This document shows, in pieces, positions 39,961-55,983 of a stretch of DNA of 64,000 nt; the first letter of the stretch is position 1; the number at the start of each line of letters is the position of its first letter. Location of the stretch: NCBI RefSeq assembly GCF_006345805.1, contig NC_043008.1, forward strand, positions 78,306,001 to 78,370,000, given 5' to 3'. The notes beneath the pieces were generated by a model. The model did not search any database. It was not told the origin of the DNA and saw only the letters and a list, made by a program, of their open reading frames with translations. Made by a program: the position numbers and the translations under genes. The DNA comes from Octopus sinensis (Eukaryota).

Positions 39961-41212
39961 CACATTTAAATATTTTCGGGGCAAATAATGTTATACTCAT
40001 CATACTTTGGGTTTGATGGTGGAAATTAGCTTTGGATGACGTATCCTTAATTAACTTACCCTCTATTGTAGGATATTCTATATTATATTGTATTACATTA
40101 TATATGTATTACATGTTATGTATTGTGTTATATGATGTATTATACATAATATTGCCCTGTAGTAATCCCTGTCTGTTTAGTCTGATTCCATCCTATGCAG
40201 TGATTACACTGTCCTTTCCTTCCTATGACTTCTACCCTATCAGCCACAGTAGGTATATTTGTAGTGAGTTATGAGATAGTAAGCCTCCCTTGAATAAATC
40301 TTACACCTCTATGCACTGTACAATCATGCATACAACAGTACCTGTAATATTATAATTTATAAAACCGCATCCAATGATATCTTCATCTTAATTTACTTGC
40401 ACCTGAATCTACTTTGGTAGGAATACCTTAAAGTATCCTTATTATATATATACCTATTATCTTTTTATTTTTTTTCTATTTTTTATTTTGATCTCTTGCC
40501 TTTATATATTTTTAATTTTTTCATTTATTAAATCGATTTCTTATTTTTGTATGTTTTTCTTACTAAATTTTTATCCTTTATATTATTTTTGTCGTATATT
40601 GTTAAAATTTTATATATTATTAAAGTTTTATATTTTGTATTCCTATTTACCTTCCCATATACTGGTTTAACATTCTGAGTCACGAAGTATATATTACAAC
40701 TTCTCTCTGCAAGTATGCATAAGATATGATGCAATATGGCACCTAAATTGATACTTTTCAGTTTTTTTTATATAATTACATCTTATAATTCTAATATATT
40801 CTTTATATAAACATATATATATATATATATAAATCATTTTTGTTTATATAAGTGTATGCCATATTTTTTATACTGTTATATCTCCTTTAGGACTTTCATT
40901 AGTTGTTAAAATTTTTTGTACACTTATATTTTTAAATATGTCTATGTTACTGAATCATTTATCTTATTCTACCTTTGATCCCTTACTTTCAATCAATAGA
41001 TAATGTGTACCTCTTTCCCGGATAAATTCCATATGTCAGTTGAGCTCATTGTTTGAGTGGTCTTTATCGTAACCACCTAACAATTCCGTAATTGAGACAC
41101 ACATTTCTGTTTATTTCCATACAATTATTAATCAGTTTGTGTGAGTTCACGCGCGCGTGTGTATATTTGTGTGCTTGTGTAGATCTATCTCGGTTTCCGT
41201 TAGATATATATA

Positions 41213-41400
<188 letters not shown>

Positions 41401-41675
41401 GATATGTATATATAATGTTATGTATGCCTTTGTTATTCCATGTGTGCTTGTCTATAGCCTGAACTATGTTTATCTACGAAGAGATAGTTCTCTTCGTTTT
41501 CAGTTTCAAGAGAATAATTAGCTCACTAACTTATATTTTGTATCATCTACAAGATATATCGAACAGTCCACACAAATTTCATGTCTTTAAAGGACCCCAT
41601 TCCATGATTCAACACCTTGAAAATAAAGATGAAGCTTGTAACTGTGCGAAATTATACGATTTATGTATATAAGGA

Positions 41676-41929
41676 TATATAATTATAGCCTAGGGTGTGG
41701 ATAAACCCGACCAACACGCTAGAAATAGAAGCTAATAGCTCTATATACCACATATTATTTTACTCCGTTAGCACAGGTTGAAAGCGAGCCAATGTATAAA
41801 TCAGGTTATTCATTAGCCAGCTTTCAACCCGTGCTTACGGAGTAAAATAATATGCGGTTTATAGAGCTATTAGCGTCTATTTCTAGCGTGTTGGTGAGTT
41901 TTATCTACACCCTAAGGTATAATTATATC
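41676..41929. mobile_element. Roughly 250-bp palindrome (MITE-like fold-back)
   Basis: Arms 41676-41785 and 41820-41929, about 110 bp each with roughly 10 mismatches, 34-nt spacer, TA-rich flanks. Confidence 0.7.
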
Positions 41930-42050
41930 TATATAATTATATATCAGTAATAAATAGTTACCTAAATGGTTTTCACGTGCTGGCTACTTGATAAAATTAT
42001 TAAATGGTTTTTATCCTTCATTAATTAATAGTTAATTATAATATAGATAT

Positions 42051-42109
<59 letters not shown>

Positions 42110-42582
42110 TTGCTTTTATTCTTTATTGTTTCAGGCGTACACGGAACTTCTTGATAATTTTCTTTTTTAAAAACCTGACGCTCTCCCCGCCTTAACTGCA
42201 CGTTCCCGCTAATGATTTGTAGTATTCCCTAGTCCTTTAATAGTTCACTCGCTCATCTGCAGTCTTTGAGCCCGGATGGTAAATAATTATGCGCACTTAA
42301 CATTTTGGGCTTCTCGACTATTTATCTAAACCATGTTTTTCTTTTCTTTTCCTTGTATGTATTGTATGCTCTTGTTTTTCACTCTGATGAAAACATGTTG
42401 CCTTAATTCGAATACCCTATGAAGATGAAGAATTTTATCTTCGCAATTATCTATAGAATACATTCTCGCAATCTGATTAGAAACAGCTGTTAGCTTTGTT
42501 ATATCTTGCATTGTATCAATAAACAAGCTTTAAAATGTGGTCTAATCGATGTGTTGCTTAAACTATGTTTTTCACCGTTTTC

Positions 42583-42619
<37 letters not shown>

Positions 42620-42623
<4 letters not shown>

Positions 42624-42822
42624 CTGTGTGTCTTTATGCTCGGGCTTCACAACCGGTGTTGGTGTGTTTATGTCTCCATAAATTAGCGGTTCGACAAAAT
42701 GATCGATAGAATAAGGACTAGGGTTACGAAAACAAGTTGGCTTGGGTTTGATTTGTTGGACTAAAACCCTTCCAGGTGATGCTCCAGCATGGCGGCAGTC
42801 AAATGACAGAAACAAGTAAAAT
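42620..42822 (+). mobile_element. SINE family A 3' half
   Basis: ccggtgttggtgtgtttatgtctcc..cggttcgacaaaatgatcgatagaataag..tgctccagcatggcggcagtcaaatgacagaaac. Confidence 0.8.
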
Positions 42823-42836
42823 AATAAATTAATATG

Positions 42837-42902
<66 letters not shown>

Positions 42903-43480
42903 GTATTATATATATGTATATGTATATATTATATATATATATATATATTATGTATATATATATACATTTGTATATATACTTATGCATGTATGTCTGTCTG
43001 TTTGTCTGTATGTATGTATGTATGTATGGTAGCAGTCAAGTCATGATCGAGTAAGGCAATTTCCTGAACTTTGTAAGGCCGAAGAAGGTATTTTGCATGA
43101 ATCTGTTTTTGCATACGAATTCACCTTCCCCTAGAAAAAACTCTAACAAGAACTAGGAGTCCTTTACTCTTAGTGGTCCATGCAATTTAAATCATAGCTG
43201 AGATCCTAAGTGGCGGTCAGGTAGTGGAACCCTGCAACAGGTTTTCCTGAGTTTCGAGAAGTGTTAAGCCACCACTTAACCACAATATACATGTGTGTAT
43301 ATGTGTGCGTGTATATATAGGTGTGTATACAAACATCATACATATATAAATATATGTATATACATATACATACACACACACACGTTCTCACATATATATC
43401 TAGTATTTAGAAGTTTATATGTTTTTTTATTATAAGATTATGTATATATATATATATATATATATATCAGACAATGTTCA

Positions 43481-43533
<53 letters not shown>

Positions 43534-43653
43534 TTGAAGAGTGCTTGATAGTTTTTCAACGAATTGAAAATATACATGATAACATAACAAAACATCTGTA
43601 AAATTGCTTTCAATTAAATAATAAACGTAAGCTTGTAAACGTCCATGTATATA

Positions 43654-43698
<45 letters not shown>

Positions 43699-43728
43699 AA
43701 TGTATATATTCATATATATACAACGTGC

Positions 43729-43818
<90 letters not shown>

Positions 43819-43865
43819 TACAAGTGTGTGCGTGTGTGTGCGTGTGTGTTTGATGTGTGTACATG

Positions 43866-44310
43866 TATACTCACAGTCCCGTGCGAAGAGGGATGTGATG
43901 AGGCCTATGAACGGAAGCGTGCCAGATATGAAAGCCTTCTGCAAGATTGCAGGGAGGAAGAATGGCATGTATGGCTTTTCCCAGTCGAGGTTGGCTGCAG
44001 AGGATTCCCTACTCAGTTGGCATGGAGGATGCTTACAGACATTGGAATGAGAGATAACGAGAGAAAGGTGGCTGTGCGCATAACTGAGCTCAATAACCTC
44101 TTGCTGGCTTTGGAGCAAGAGAGAGGAGTTTAGCCAGGAGGTAATGAGGATCAGTAACCTGACCGCCTCTGCTGACCCACCAACGGGAGGTTGCTACGGT
44201 TCAGGGTCGAAATACCGATGAACGTTGGATACCGTCCCATGACATCAGTTCCTCCTGGCCAAGGCTCCATTCACTATAGTGAATGGAATAGGCACCTCCT
44301 ATAGGTGTTA
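43866..44310 (+). mobile_element. HERO-like (R2-group) non-LTR element 3' end: restriction-like endonuclease C-terminus plus 3' UTR
   Basis: [46 protein letters not shown], matching the ELTVP.E..RK..KY..L...VEVGCRGF motif; sits between (TA)n tracts. Confidence 0.72.
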
Positions 44311-44321
44311 TTTATTTATAT

Positions 44322-44378
<57 letters not shown>

Positions 44379-44577
44379 CACACATACACACACATAAATA
44401 CAGTGTAGATTTAAACACATAAGAGGCAACCATCCTAGGAGTCCTTGCACGATAGGAAGGACTGTTAATTCCAAATCAATATTAGGGATAACATTTCGAT
44501 GGGAATGCAAATAACGGAAATTTCTAATACTTTTGATTACCCTTTGATATTATTAATATATATATAATATATATAAT

Positions 44578-44625
<48 letters not shown>

Positions 44626-44780
44626 TAATATATAATATAAAATATAAGATAATATAATATAATATAATATAATATAATGTAATATAATATAGTATAATAT
44701 AATACAATATAATATAATATAATATAATATACATGTAAATATGTTTATATATATATATATGTATATATACATATATATAT

Positions 44781-44969
44781 TCTTTTCTACTCTAGGCACA
44801 AGGCCCGAAATTTTGGTGGAGGGGTCCAATCGATTAGATCGACCCTAGTACGCAACTCGTACTTAATTTATCAACCCCGAGAGGATGAAAGGCAAAGTCG
44901 ATCTCGTCGGAATTTGAACTCTGAACGGAAAGTCAGACGAAATACCACTAAGCATTTCGCCCGGTGTAT
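44781..44969 (-). mobile_element. SINE family B (tRNA-derived)
   Basis: Reverse complement of gttcagagttcaaattccgacgagatcgactttgcctttcatcctctcggggttgataaattaagtac; homologous to 47806 and 58368. Confidence 0.85.
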
Positions 44970-45121
44970 ACATCTATATATATATAGATACATACATATA
45001 TATATATATGTATGTATGTATGTATAATGTATGTATGTATGTATGTATGTATGTATGTATGTATGTATGTATGTATGTATGTATGTATGCATGTATGTAT
45101 GTATGTATGTATGTATGTATG

Positions 45122-45154
<33 letters not shown>

Positions 45155-45161
45155 GTATACA

Positions 45162-45224
<63 letters not shown>

Positions 45225-45953
45225 GATTGATAGATACATACATACACGATTACAATCTCATATGTTTATTATCTAACTGGAAGCAATTCTACACATATAT
45301 CAAAGAATTCGTGTACACTTACATATACATTTAATTAACCGTTGTTAAACTATTAAACGCAAGAAATTTTGAAATGTATTTTAGAATTATCTCTAAGATA
45401 TCTTTGTAGTATTTCGGTAATATTCCAGTAAACTCATGTATGATACTTAACAAATAATATGAAATCAATAACTGAGCTTGCTGCTATTAGGTAAACAGAC
45501 ACAAATGTAAAATAACAAAATATCCGAATTCCTCCTAGACCTATGTATAAGGACACAACGGCCCTTAGAATAGGACAGGCGGTAAATTTATCACCTGGAA
45601 ATATTTTAACTCATCTTTCATCAATTCCACAATAGTTTATTATTTCAGAAGCTAGCTATACGCGGCAATGAACATCTCCCTGATGACATGATACTAAGTG
45701 GTAACTTCTCCAGGTATCTGCTTACTCACCTCTGCTCTAAAGGCTAGTGTCTATGAGATTTTAGGACTCGGCATCTCTGCAGAAAACGAATGTTTTCTGC
45801 TGGTATTTGCCAAGGATTTACTATGTATAATGGCAGAAGGATCCGACTACAATAGTAAATGAGGAAATATCTTACAGTCTGAAAATGTTCCATACTTTTT
45901 CAAAGTGAATATAATTTGCATTTATGTGTGTGAGCGTGTGTGTGTATGGATAT

Positions 45954-46001
<48 letters not shown>

Positions 46002-46018
46002 AATAGATAGATAGATAA

Positions 46019-46071
<53 letters not shown>

Positions 46072-46193
46072 GAGGTATGCTTATATTTGTGTGTTGTATA
46101 TATATGTGTGTGTGTGTATTATATATGTACTTATATATGTATATTTATATATACATATATAATACATATATATATGTATACACACACACACAG

Positions 46194-46264
<71 letters not shown>

Positions 46265-46674
46265 ATATAATAATAATTATTATTTGAGGGAATAAAATCC
46301 AAACTTACAAAGAAAAATAATTCAATTTAGAAATACTAAATCAAATTCCACACAATATAATATATATAAAATGTTAGAAAAAACCCACCTTTTATCAATT
46401 CAAAATGAATAATTAAATTACACCATCTAGAAAATTACATATAATAGAAAAGTTTAAATAAAAAAAAAATAAAATAACAATTAAAAAGTAAAGATTAAGT
46501 AAATTACAAGAATAATGTAATGTATATAATATATATATATTAAGAGCATTACTATACATAAATACCTTTAATATAATTAAAATATTTAAAGGGAATAATT
46601 AATAAAGTTTTCCCTTATGAGATTTTTTTACGCTAACTACTCGATAATTTCTTATACAGATTTTATCCTATTTT

Positions 46675-46723
<49 letters not shown>

Positions 46724-46777
46724 GCATATTTATGTGTATATATATATTATAATATATATCATATGATTATATTTGTA

Positions 46778-46848
<71 letters not shown>

Positions 46849-47104
46849 GTATATTTATACTTGTATATCTTTATATTAACTATATATATATATATACACA
46901 CGCGAGTGCGCACACACATATGTTTAGACACATACACGCATGAACATAATGTGTGTTTGGAGGTAGGTGTACTCCTATTTGGCGCCTCACATGGACCTGA
47001 CACTTTCGTTGAAGGAATGAATTCGTGCAAGAAAATTTAAGTTTATTTCTCTATTTGGAAGAAATTGTCCTGTATTATACAGGATAATGTGATTTTTTTC
47101 TTTT

Positions 47105-47487
47105 TCTTTAACTTGTTTCAGTCATTTGACTGCGGCCATGCTGGAGTACCGCCTTTAATCAAGCAACTCGAACCCAGGACTTATTCTTTGTAAGCCTAGT
47201 TCTTATTCTATCGGACTCTTTTGCTGAACCGCTAGACACACCAGCATCAGTTGTCATGCAATGTTGGGGGGACAAACACAGACACACAAACATATACACA
47301 CACATACACACACATATATATCCATATATATGACGAGCTTCTTTCAGTTTCCATTTACCAAATGCACTCACAAGGCTTTGGTCGACCCGAGGCTATAGTA
47401 GAGGAGACTTACCCAAAGTGCCACGCAGTGGGACTGAACCCGGGACCATGTGGTTGGTAAGGAAGCTACTTACCACACAGCCACTCG
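47105..47487 (-). mobile_element. SINE family A
   Basis: Reverse complement of the head (tggctgtgtggtaag, gggttcagtcccactgcgtggcac) and tail (ggcggtactccagcatggccgcagtcaaatgactgaaac). Confidence 0.88.
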
Positions 47488-47705
47488 ATAATTATTTATA
47501 TTGAGTAATAACATGCACACTCGCACACACATATGCATACATAAATATCGTCTGTGTTTTTGTGCGAGTTAGTGTGTGTGTGTGTGTGAATGCTTTGACT
47601 TGATTTTTGAAAAGAATATACTGTTAGAAAATATTTCATTTTACATTTTCTGTAATTTTACACTAACATTCATAATTCTACTTTCATTTCATTAGTGTTG
47701 TTGAG

Positions 47706-48400
<695 letters not shown>

Positions 48401-48483
48401 TTATTATTATCACAGGGCATAGACACTTAAATCTTGAAAAATTGGTTTTTATTTACTTCTGTATACTTAGATTTATAAACAAC

Positions 48484-48526
<43 letters not shown>

Positions 48527-49408
48527 GTAGTAGTAGTAGTCATTTTGCTTTCATTATTATTGTTGTCGTCGTCGTTTTTGCTATTGATGAGGATGATGAA
48601 GTTACTATTATAAAGATATATTAGAAGTATTAAAATATGCTTGCAAAACAATTGATAATGTGCAAACAATATAACCAAGAAAGACTTACCTGCAACATAT
48701 AACTTCAGATTTTATGGTTGTGTCCATATATTTGTGTTGAAATGAATCTAAATAACTGCCGATCTACAATGAATAGGTTTATAACAATCTAGTAAAGGCG
48801 CAGATTTACGTTCAGTGTTCATGTATCAAAAAACATTTCTATTGTTCGTTCGCAATTATGATGGAAAGAGAAAATAGCTGAATAAAACATTAACATTATC
48901 TGGTTTGCTTCGTTTCAACTGTGTTTTTCAAGGGTGGATATGCCATATTGCAGATAGCAATCATTGTAAGATAGTAGACAGGAACGTAGGCCTGATCCAC
49001 CTTTGCAGGTATATCCTTCTTTCGGAGGGAGGAAGTGTTGCTGTCGCGGAAGTCCTAGAAGCTGTTGAAATGAATGCACAAAGCAAGCTAAATATAATTC
49101 TTTTCACAGATACGTTTCAAGATGTTTTGCTTTAGAATATCTTCAAAAACATTTTTTTTCACTTTTCTTGTGTGTGAACCTATATGTGTATGCGTGTATA
49201 TGTATGCATGTGTATGCATGTGCATTTGTACCTATGTACGTGCGAGTGTTTGTGTGCGTGTATTAAACAACGCTTATAAACTTGTTTCGTTTGCGTTACT
49301 CAGTAGTTTGCATATTGATTAGTTATTCTTCATTCTGAAAGCTTTATATTTTCGACACTAAACTTATAAGCATTTGAAATTCACTTAGCATATGTTTCAT
49401 TGAAATTC

Positions 49409-49442
<34 letters not shown>

Positions 49443-50889
49443 CTGTTTATCGATCTATGTGTGTGTGTGAGCGCGACGCGCATGTGTGTGTGCGCGCGTG
49501 TATGTGTGTGTATGTGCGTGCGTATGTGTGTGTGCGCGCGCGCGTGTGTATCAATGTATTTTGCAGTAATAAGATGATGAAACGCTTGGTTTGTTATCTG
49601 AGTGTGTCTGATTTTATTTGTTTGATGACACTTCTGCAACGCTACACTGACCGTCCGCTCAGTATGTTGCGCCTATTGCGTCTCTCTTGTAGCAGAATTG
49701 CAGTAGATTTCCTTGAGTCCCTCACAAGTACTCATGACAAGAAGTCGAGTTGTTATTCATCGTGAAATGTTATTCAATACTACTAGTTTCTTTGTGCTAA
49801 GCTTTATTTATAATAAACAGCAGCCATAAAACTATAGAAACATTGCAATCATTTGATGCGAGATTAAAAAGCAAAGCGCAACGTAATATTCCATTATTAC
49901 ACTGTAAACTAAATCAGATGATTGCAGTGTATTTAATCTTTGCATTATTTACAAAAAAATAATAATAATAAACAAGTAAAAGCAAATGAAAATAAAGACA
50001 CGAGAAAAGGAAAGTAAATGTGAAAGAAAATGGAAAGAAAGAAGGAGGGAAGGAAAAAAGCAATAAAACTAGTAAACGGTATATGTTTTGCACAGGAGAG
50101 AACAGGTGATAGAGAGAGCGTGGAAAGATAAAACAGCAGTTTATGAAGTAGGGAGAGCTATCGATTATCATGTAAAGCGTACAAGTAGAGAAATAAATGA
50201 AAAAAAAAAAGAATATTATTCAGTAGAGCTTGAGAAATAACTGACCGAGATGGCCATGCTAGTATCTCGTCCGACACGAGATGGGTAGGAAGTAAATAGA
50301 TATTAAATAAGCTTATTCACAGGCTCCTCACACTAGTCCCGCCTTTACACTCACGACTGTAAGAGAAAGGCGTGGAATTTGCTGCTCCCCATAAACTGAA
50401 AAATAAAATATTTTAAAGCTAGCTTGAAAGAAACCCGACTACTAATAGACAATGAATAAAATTAAATTTCTTTTAGCTTTTCTAAGTGCAGTAAACATTT
50501 TAAGTTGCAACGAATCAGCGAAAGAAATAGCACTAATGTAGCCATAAGCATTCCAAAATCACAGTCTAAGAAATGAGGGAAGCCCCTTGTTTCTGACGAA
50601 AGCAATAATAATGATTGGTGGGAAAAGTGATATCCTAAAGAACTGCTGCGAAATATTAAATGCAATGTCGAGGAAAGAATGGTATGAAGGTTGTAGTAGC
50701 AGCGGCAGCAGTCTTTTATATTTCTATTTGTGCTGGGAATCCCCCTGTTGCAGATGTTGCAAATACACATTCAATATACACAGATTATTCAACAAGCTTG
50801 TGTAGTTTCCTATCTTAAGTGCAGAAGCGTACACTAACTCACCTCTATTCTTATCTACCTGCATACATTTATATACATATGCATGTATG

Positions 50890-50968
<79 letters not shown>

Positions 50969-50993
50969 ACATACATTTATATATATATGCATG

Positions 50994-51038
<45 letters not shown>

Positions 51039-51161
51039 TTATATATGCATATATATATACGCATATATACACACATATATCTATATACATATAATTATAT
51101 ATGCATATATATATACACATACATACGTATATATTGACATACATACACATACATATATATA

Positions 51162-51201
<40 letters not shown>

Positions 51202-51317
51202 CATACATACGTATATATATATACATACACATACATACATATATACATACAGATACATACATACACACATATATATATATATACATGCACACACATGACA
51301 TATGTGGAAATATATAT

Positions 51318-51376
<59 letters not shown>

Positions 51377-52126
51377 TACATACATACGCACATTCATTCA
51401 TACATACATATATACATACATTCATACATACCTACATACATACATACATACAAACATACATACATACATACGCACATACATATATCGTTGCTACATTTAG
51501 TGCTGTCATATCCTTCTTTGTCATAGTTATTTTCGCTATCATACTCTTGTTTCCTAGCAAATGTTGTCTATTCTTAATACTAGGTATGACGTAAACATTA
51601 GCATACTAGAGTCGCCATCTAGCGACACTTAGCTGATAATTACCTATTGACTTGTGTTAAAAACGTATCGTCACATATGCTATTAGCTTTCCAACAACAT
51701 GCTACGACTCATCACCAAGTATTCATAGATATTGTTTCACTATTTTGCCTTTACTATTAAAGAAGCAAAAAGAGATATTTTCAAGGAAAATGACTTTCAG
51801 TACAAAAATACGTAAACATAAAGAAATAAACGATAAAACTATTAAATAAGATTAATTCTGGAACAAATGCTACGTCTTAAAGGTGACAGAGGGAGAGATT
51901 TTGATTTTGTTTTCTTTACTTTACAATATCTTCTCTACTTGAAGAACAGTACAGTGTGCGAGGAGAAAGAAGGAGAACCGGAGAAAAGGACAAAGAGAAC
52001 AACGATAAGCAGTGGGAGAAATGAGGAGAAAGAGAGAAGGAAGAGTAGCAGCAAGAAAAGGAATTGAAGGTAAAGACGGGAGGATGAGGAAGGAGGGTAA
52101 AAGAAAAAAGGAGAAAAGTAGTAGTT

Positions 52127-52191
<65 letters not shown>

Positions 52192-52298
52192 TAATACAAG
52201 TCTATACGGACGAAAACGGTTACATTGTCTTCCAGAAAACTCTTTATGTGTATATGTATATATGCTGTATATGTGTGTGTGTATACATATACACACAC

Positions 52299-52352
<54 letters not shown>

Positions 52353-52869
52353 GAGAGAGAGAGAGAGAGAGAGAGGGGAGAACTCACACATACACACACG
52401 CAATGTTTATATATGCATACTTTTTCATCAGCTTCGACGTAGAAGATTCATTTGTTCGATCAACCGAATGACCTGCTCTTGACAAAATTAGCGTTACACT
52501 GTGTGCCAAGATTATGCCATTTCAATTACAGATGCAATTCACCTGACAGGCTTCTATACAATTTCTGCTTACCTCAGTTTCATGCACAAGGCAAGAGTGG
52601 ATTCTTGGCTGTACAAAATGACACTAGACAAAGTTGCTACACAGTGAGATCGTACCCAGAGTGAATTTCTTATCAATTTATCCAACAGCGCACACACACG
52701 TGCACAAACACAATCGCGCGCGTGCACACACACACATACACTCGCTTTCGCACCCTTTGTTACTTATCCGATCTCTGCACCAGATTTGGTCCTCGCACCT
52801 CTATACTCCTCAGTTTCTTACTCTTATCTTTCATGATAAAATCTATCAACAACTACTAGAGTGACAAAG

Positions 52870-53460
52870 GGCACAGCGATGTTCCCTAACCGCGCTAATT
52901 TATTCATTTATTGATTCTCAAAATTTTTCCCAGCCCTACACCAGAAATACGCTGACAACAGTATCGGCACCACTTCCTTCTTTCTCTCTCTTTCTCCTCC
53001 ACCCACCCAAGAGTTATCACTTTAATTTACTTTGTCGGGTTTTTTACCCCCTCCTTATTTTCCTTCCTCTATCTCTGAAACCTTCCTCAATTTCCTTAAC
53101 ACCTTTATTTTTTTTCTTCCGCACTATTGCCCTCACGACCGTCATTGTCTTTAAACCAATGGAATTTCACATTCACTTTGATTTTTTTCACTTCCCACCT
53201 CACGTACTTAAATGCACCATCCCATACTCCCAATTGCTACGTCCCTTCACTGTCGCAGTAACCATGGATTTGAGATTCAATGCATGATCAGTTAACCATC
53301 CATTTTATCTAAACCTTCCTCTGGCGCACCCGTGCCGTCGACTACACCACTGCACTTTACACCCCAGCCAATGGACCAATGGCCATCCTCATTTGCCACT
53401 CTTTGACATCGTTACTTGTCCTCTTGTCATCAATGCGATCTAATCAGCCCCGTCCTTTTC
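52870..53460 (-). mobile_element. Possible Tx1/L1-like LINE 3' remnant
   Basis: Purine-rich minus strand loosely resembling the C-terminal segment at 62295-62500; heavily decayed. Confidence 0.3.
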
Positions 53461-53529
53461 CGACTCTGTTTGCTATTTAAGCGCACATTTTTGACGATAA
53501 AGCGTGGTGCAGTTGTGCTCTTCTCTGAA

Positions 53530-54520
53530 AACCTAAAAATGAATGATTTGACGCCACAGCTGCTACAGTCAGCTGGCCACTGTAGGTATCTTGAACAGGG
53601 CGAAAATGTCAGATATGATAGACCCATAGATAAAGAAAGGACCAGGAATGAGTACCCCTGGAGAGTAAAGAGAATATAGTCATCAGAACGCTCAGCTTGC
53701 GCGCAACACTTTCGTTTGCCTGTCCTCGCGCCTGCGTTTGGTCTTCTGAACTGGTAACTGAAAGACGTCAATGAACTGTCAAGTGCAGTGTTACAGGAAA
53801 GTTCAATATCAATGGCGATGTAAACAGGCTATACAGATTTGAGACCGCGGTTTCAAATCTGTATCGATGTCATATGAAGCACGTATTGTGACACCGAAAC
53901 ATCTTCAGCAGGGGAAAGATACCAGTAACTCTCTTACTCAAGTTTGTGACCGTGAAATCAGCAACATAATTATGATAGCTAATGAACTTGAGAAGAGGCA
54001 TGAAGTAAGAGCTGATATAGATCTCTCCCCCAAGGAACATTGATAAATTCTATCTATCAAAAGAACAAAATTTTAAAAATGAACTTATTCACTGATAAGA
54101 TATGTATATAGGTACTTGGCGCGAAGAACACAAACCATAGAAGAAATTGATCATGTCAAAAGCTTGGCATGAAGTACCGACAAGTACCTACTTCGAAGGC
54201 TACTTCCATACAGTTGAATAACAAGAAATTCCTACCAAATACCAACAGCATGAGAGGTAGAAAGATAGACAGACAACGAATTTAGGCTGTGCAGGGCCAA
54301 GACTGAAGACATCAACCACATTATTGCTAACTGCGAGAAAATATCTTCCAGATATTATCTTCCCATAAGGTATGATACGGTGGTGAGAACAGTTTGGAGC
54401 AGAGTGACAAATAGAAAACGCCAACAGACAAAGTTGACCATATTGAGACCGATGAATCAAAAGAATATGGATGGAAGTTAAAAATTAGAACAGCTACCAA
54501 ATTACAACGTAACTGACCAG
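53530..54520 (+). mobile_element. Decayed R4/Dong-like element fragment
   Basis: YLEQGENV..IDKERTRNEY..RVKRI*SSE..LPVLAPAFGLLNW; QEIPTKY; LCRAKTEDINHIIANC..RYYLPIRYDTVVRTVW (CCHC/RHD-type motif). Confidence 0.65.
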
Positions 54521-54526
54521 ATATTC

Positions 54527-54700
54527 TTTTCTACTCTAGGTACAAGGCACGAAATTTTGGAGGAAGAGGCCAGTCGATTATATCAACCCCGAAAGGATGA
54601 AAGTCAAAATCGACCTCGGCGGAATTTGTATTCAGAACGTAAAGACAGACCAAATACCGCTAAGCGTTTCGCCCGGCGTGCTAACGTTTCTGCCAGCTCG
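54527..54700 (-). mobile_element. SINE family B
   Basis: Near-colinear with 44781-44969 (ttcttttctactctagg..aaggc.cgaaatttt start; ccgctaagcgtttcgcccggcgtgctaacg end). Confidence 0.85.
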
Positions 54701-55162
54701 TTTGTGTATGATCACGGGGAAAAGATGTTCTATTGTGGGAATCCACTGCCCTCTGGACTCCAATATGGTTTTTAAAAATACAGGAGAAAGAGAACATCTA
54801 TGGACTATTGATAGGGAGTTTTCAAATCTAGAACCCAATATACACTTTCAGTTTCAAACCTATTATTGGTAGAGCAACAGGATACGCTCCCCACCTGGAG
54901 CAATGTAGGAGTTGCAAAAAGTTACCTTAATTACTTAATTCATACACTCAAATGATCGCGATATCTTGAACGATAAAAATCTAAGTCCTTCTTAAGATTT
55001 AAAGGATGATAAACAAAACAAGATACTTTCCTCCACAACCTTGCTACAAATCAGGTAGCCCGTCAAAATTTGTTTTAAATCAAAATGCCGTAAAAAACAT
55101 ACATACTTGCATGCCTACATACATACATACATACATACATACATACATACATACATACTACA

Positions 55163-55193
<31 letters not shown>

Positions 55194-55384
55194 GTGACCA
55201 CAAAGGTCCTACACAAATTGGAATAGTACCCGAATACCAAATGTAGAGTAACATGTTGCTTTACTAAATCTGAATAAAATTTTACAAACTGTTAGTCAGA
55301 GTTTCGCGTAATCACTCGTCAGCTTGCCGTGAGTATTGAGAATAATACAATACTCGATCATATACAAGTATTAATAAGTATTCA

Positions 55385-55764
55385 TGATCCAGGACTGCAG
55401 CTAAATCAAAGATACAAGCTGTAGAAAAGCGAATCTGACAAACGTCGACCACACTGGCTCACTCTCAAAGAAACACTAGAGATGTCGCGGTCTGAGCGCA
55501 TATCTGCGCATTACCATCCACGGCACGAGTGATGACAACAAATGGGCCATTGGAACACGTTCGTTCCACAGAAAGCGGAAGAGTAAGTCCTCCATTCTAG
55601 TCAGACATGAGCTAAGGCAAAACACGACAGTCAGGCGGTAATATATGATGGTGGTGATGTATGCACTCACCACCTATTTCGACCTTTCAGAAATAGCTTC
55701 CTCTCGGCCCATTTCTGGTTAAGAATGACCACACTATTCGTTGCCTCGTCCAATCCTTCTTTAT
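55385..55764 (-). repeat. 380-bp duplicate of the Tx1-like segment at 62956-63335
   Basis: Identical ORF translations at 55476-55673 and 63047-63244; only 3 mismatches seen by eye; offset 7571 bp. Confidence 0.93.
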
Positions 55765-55767
55765 ATA

Positions 55768-55850
<83 letters not shown>

Positions 55851-55983
55851 AAAATAGTAAAGTGTGAAAAAACGACAGAAGGCTTAAATGTTAAAAAATA
55901 TATATATTTGTGTCAAAATGTCTGGAGAATATTGGAAAAATTTTTTTTCCTTTCCTTAAAATGACATAATTAAAAAATTTTTA

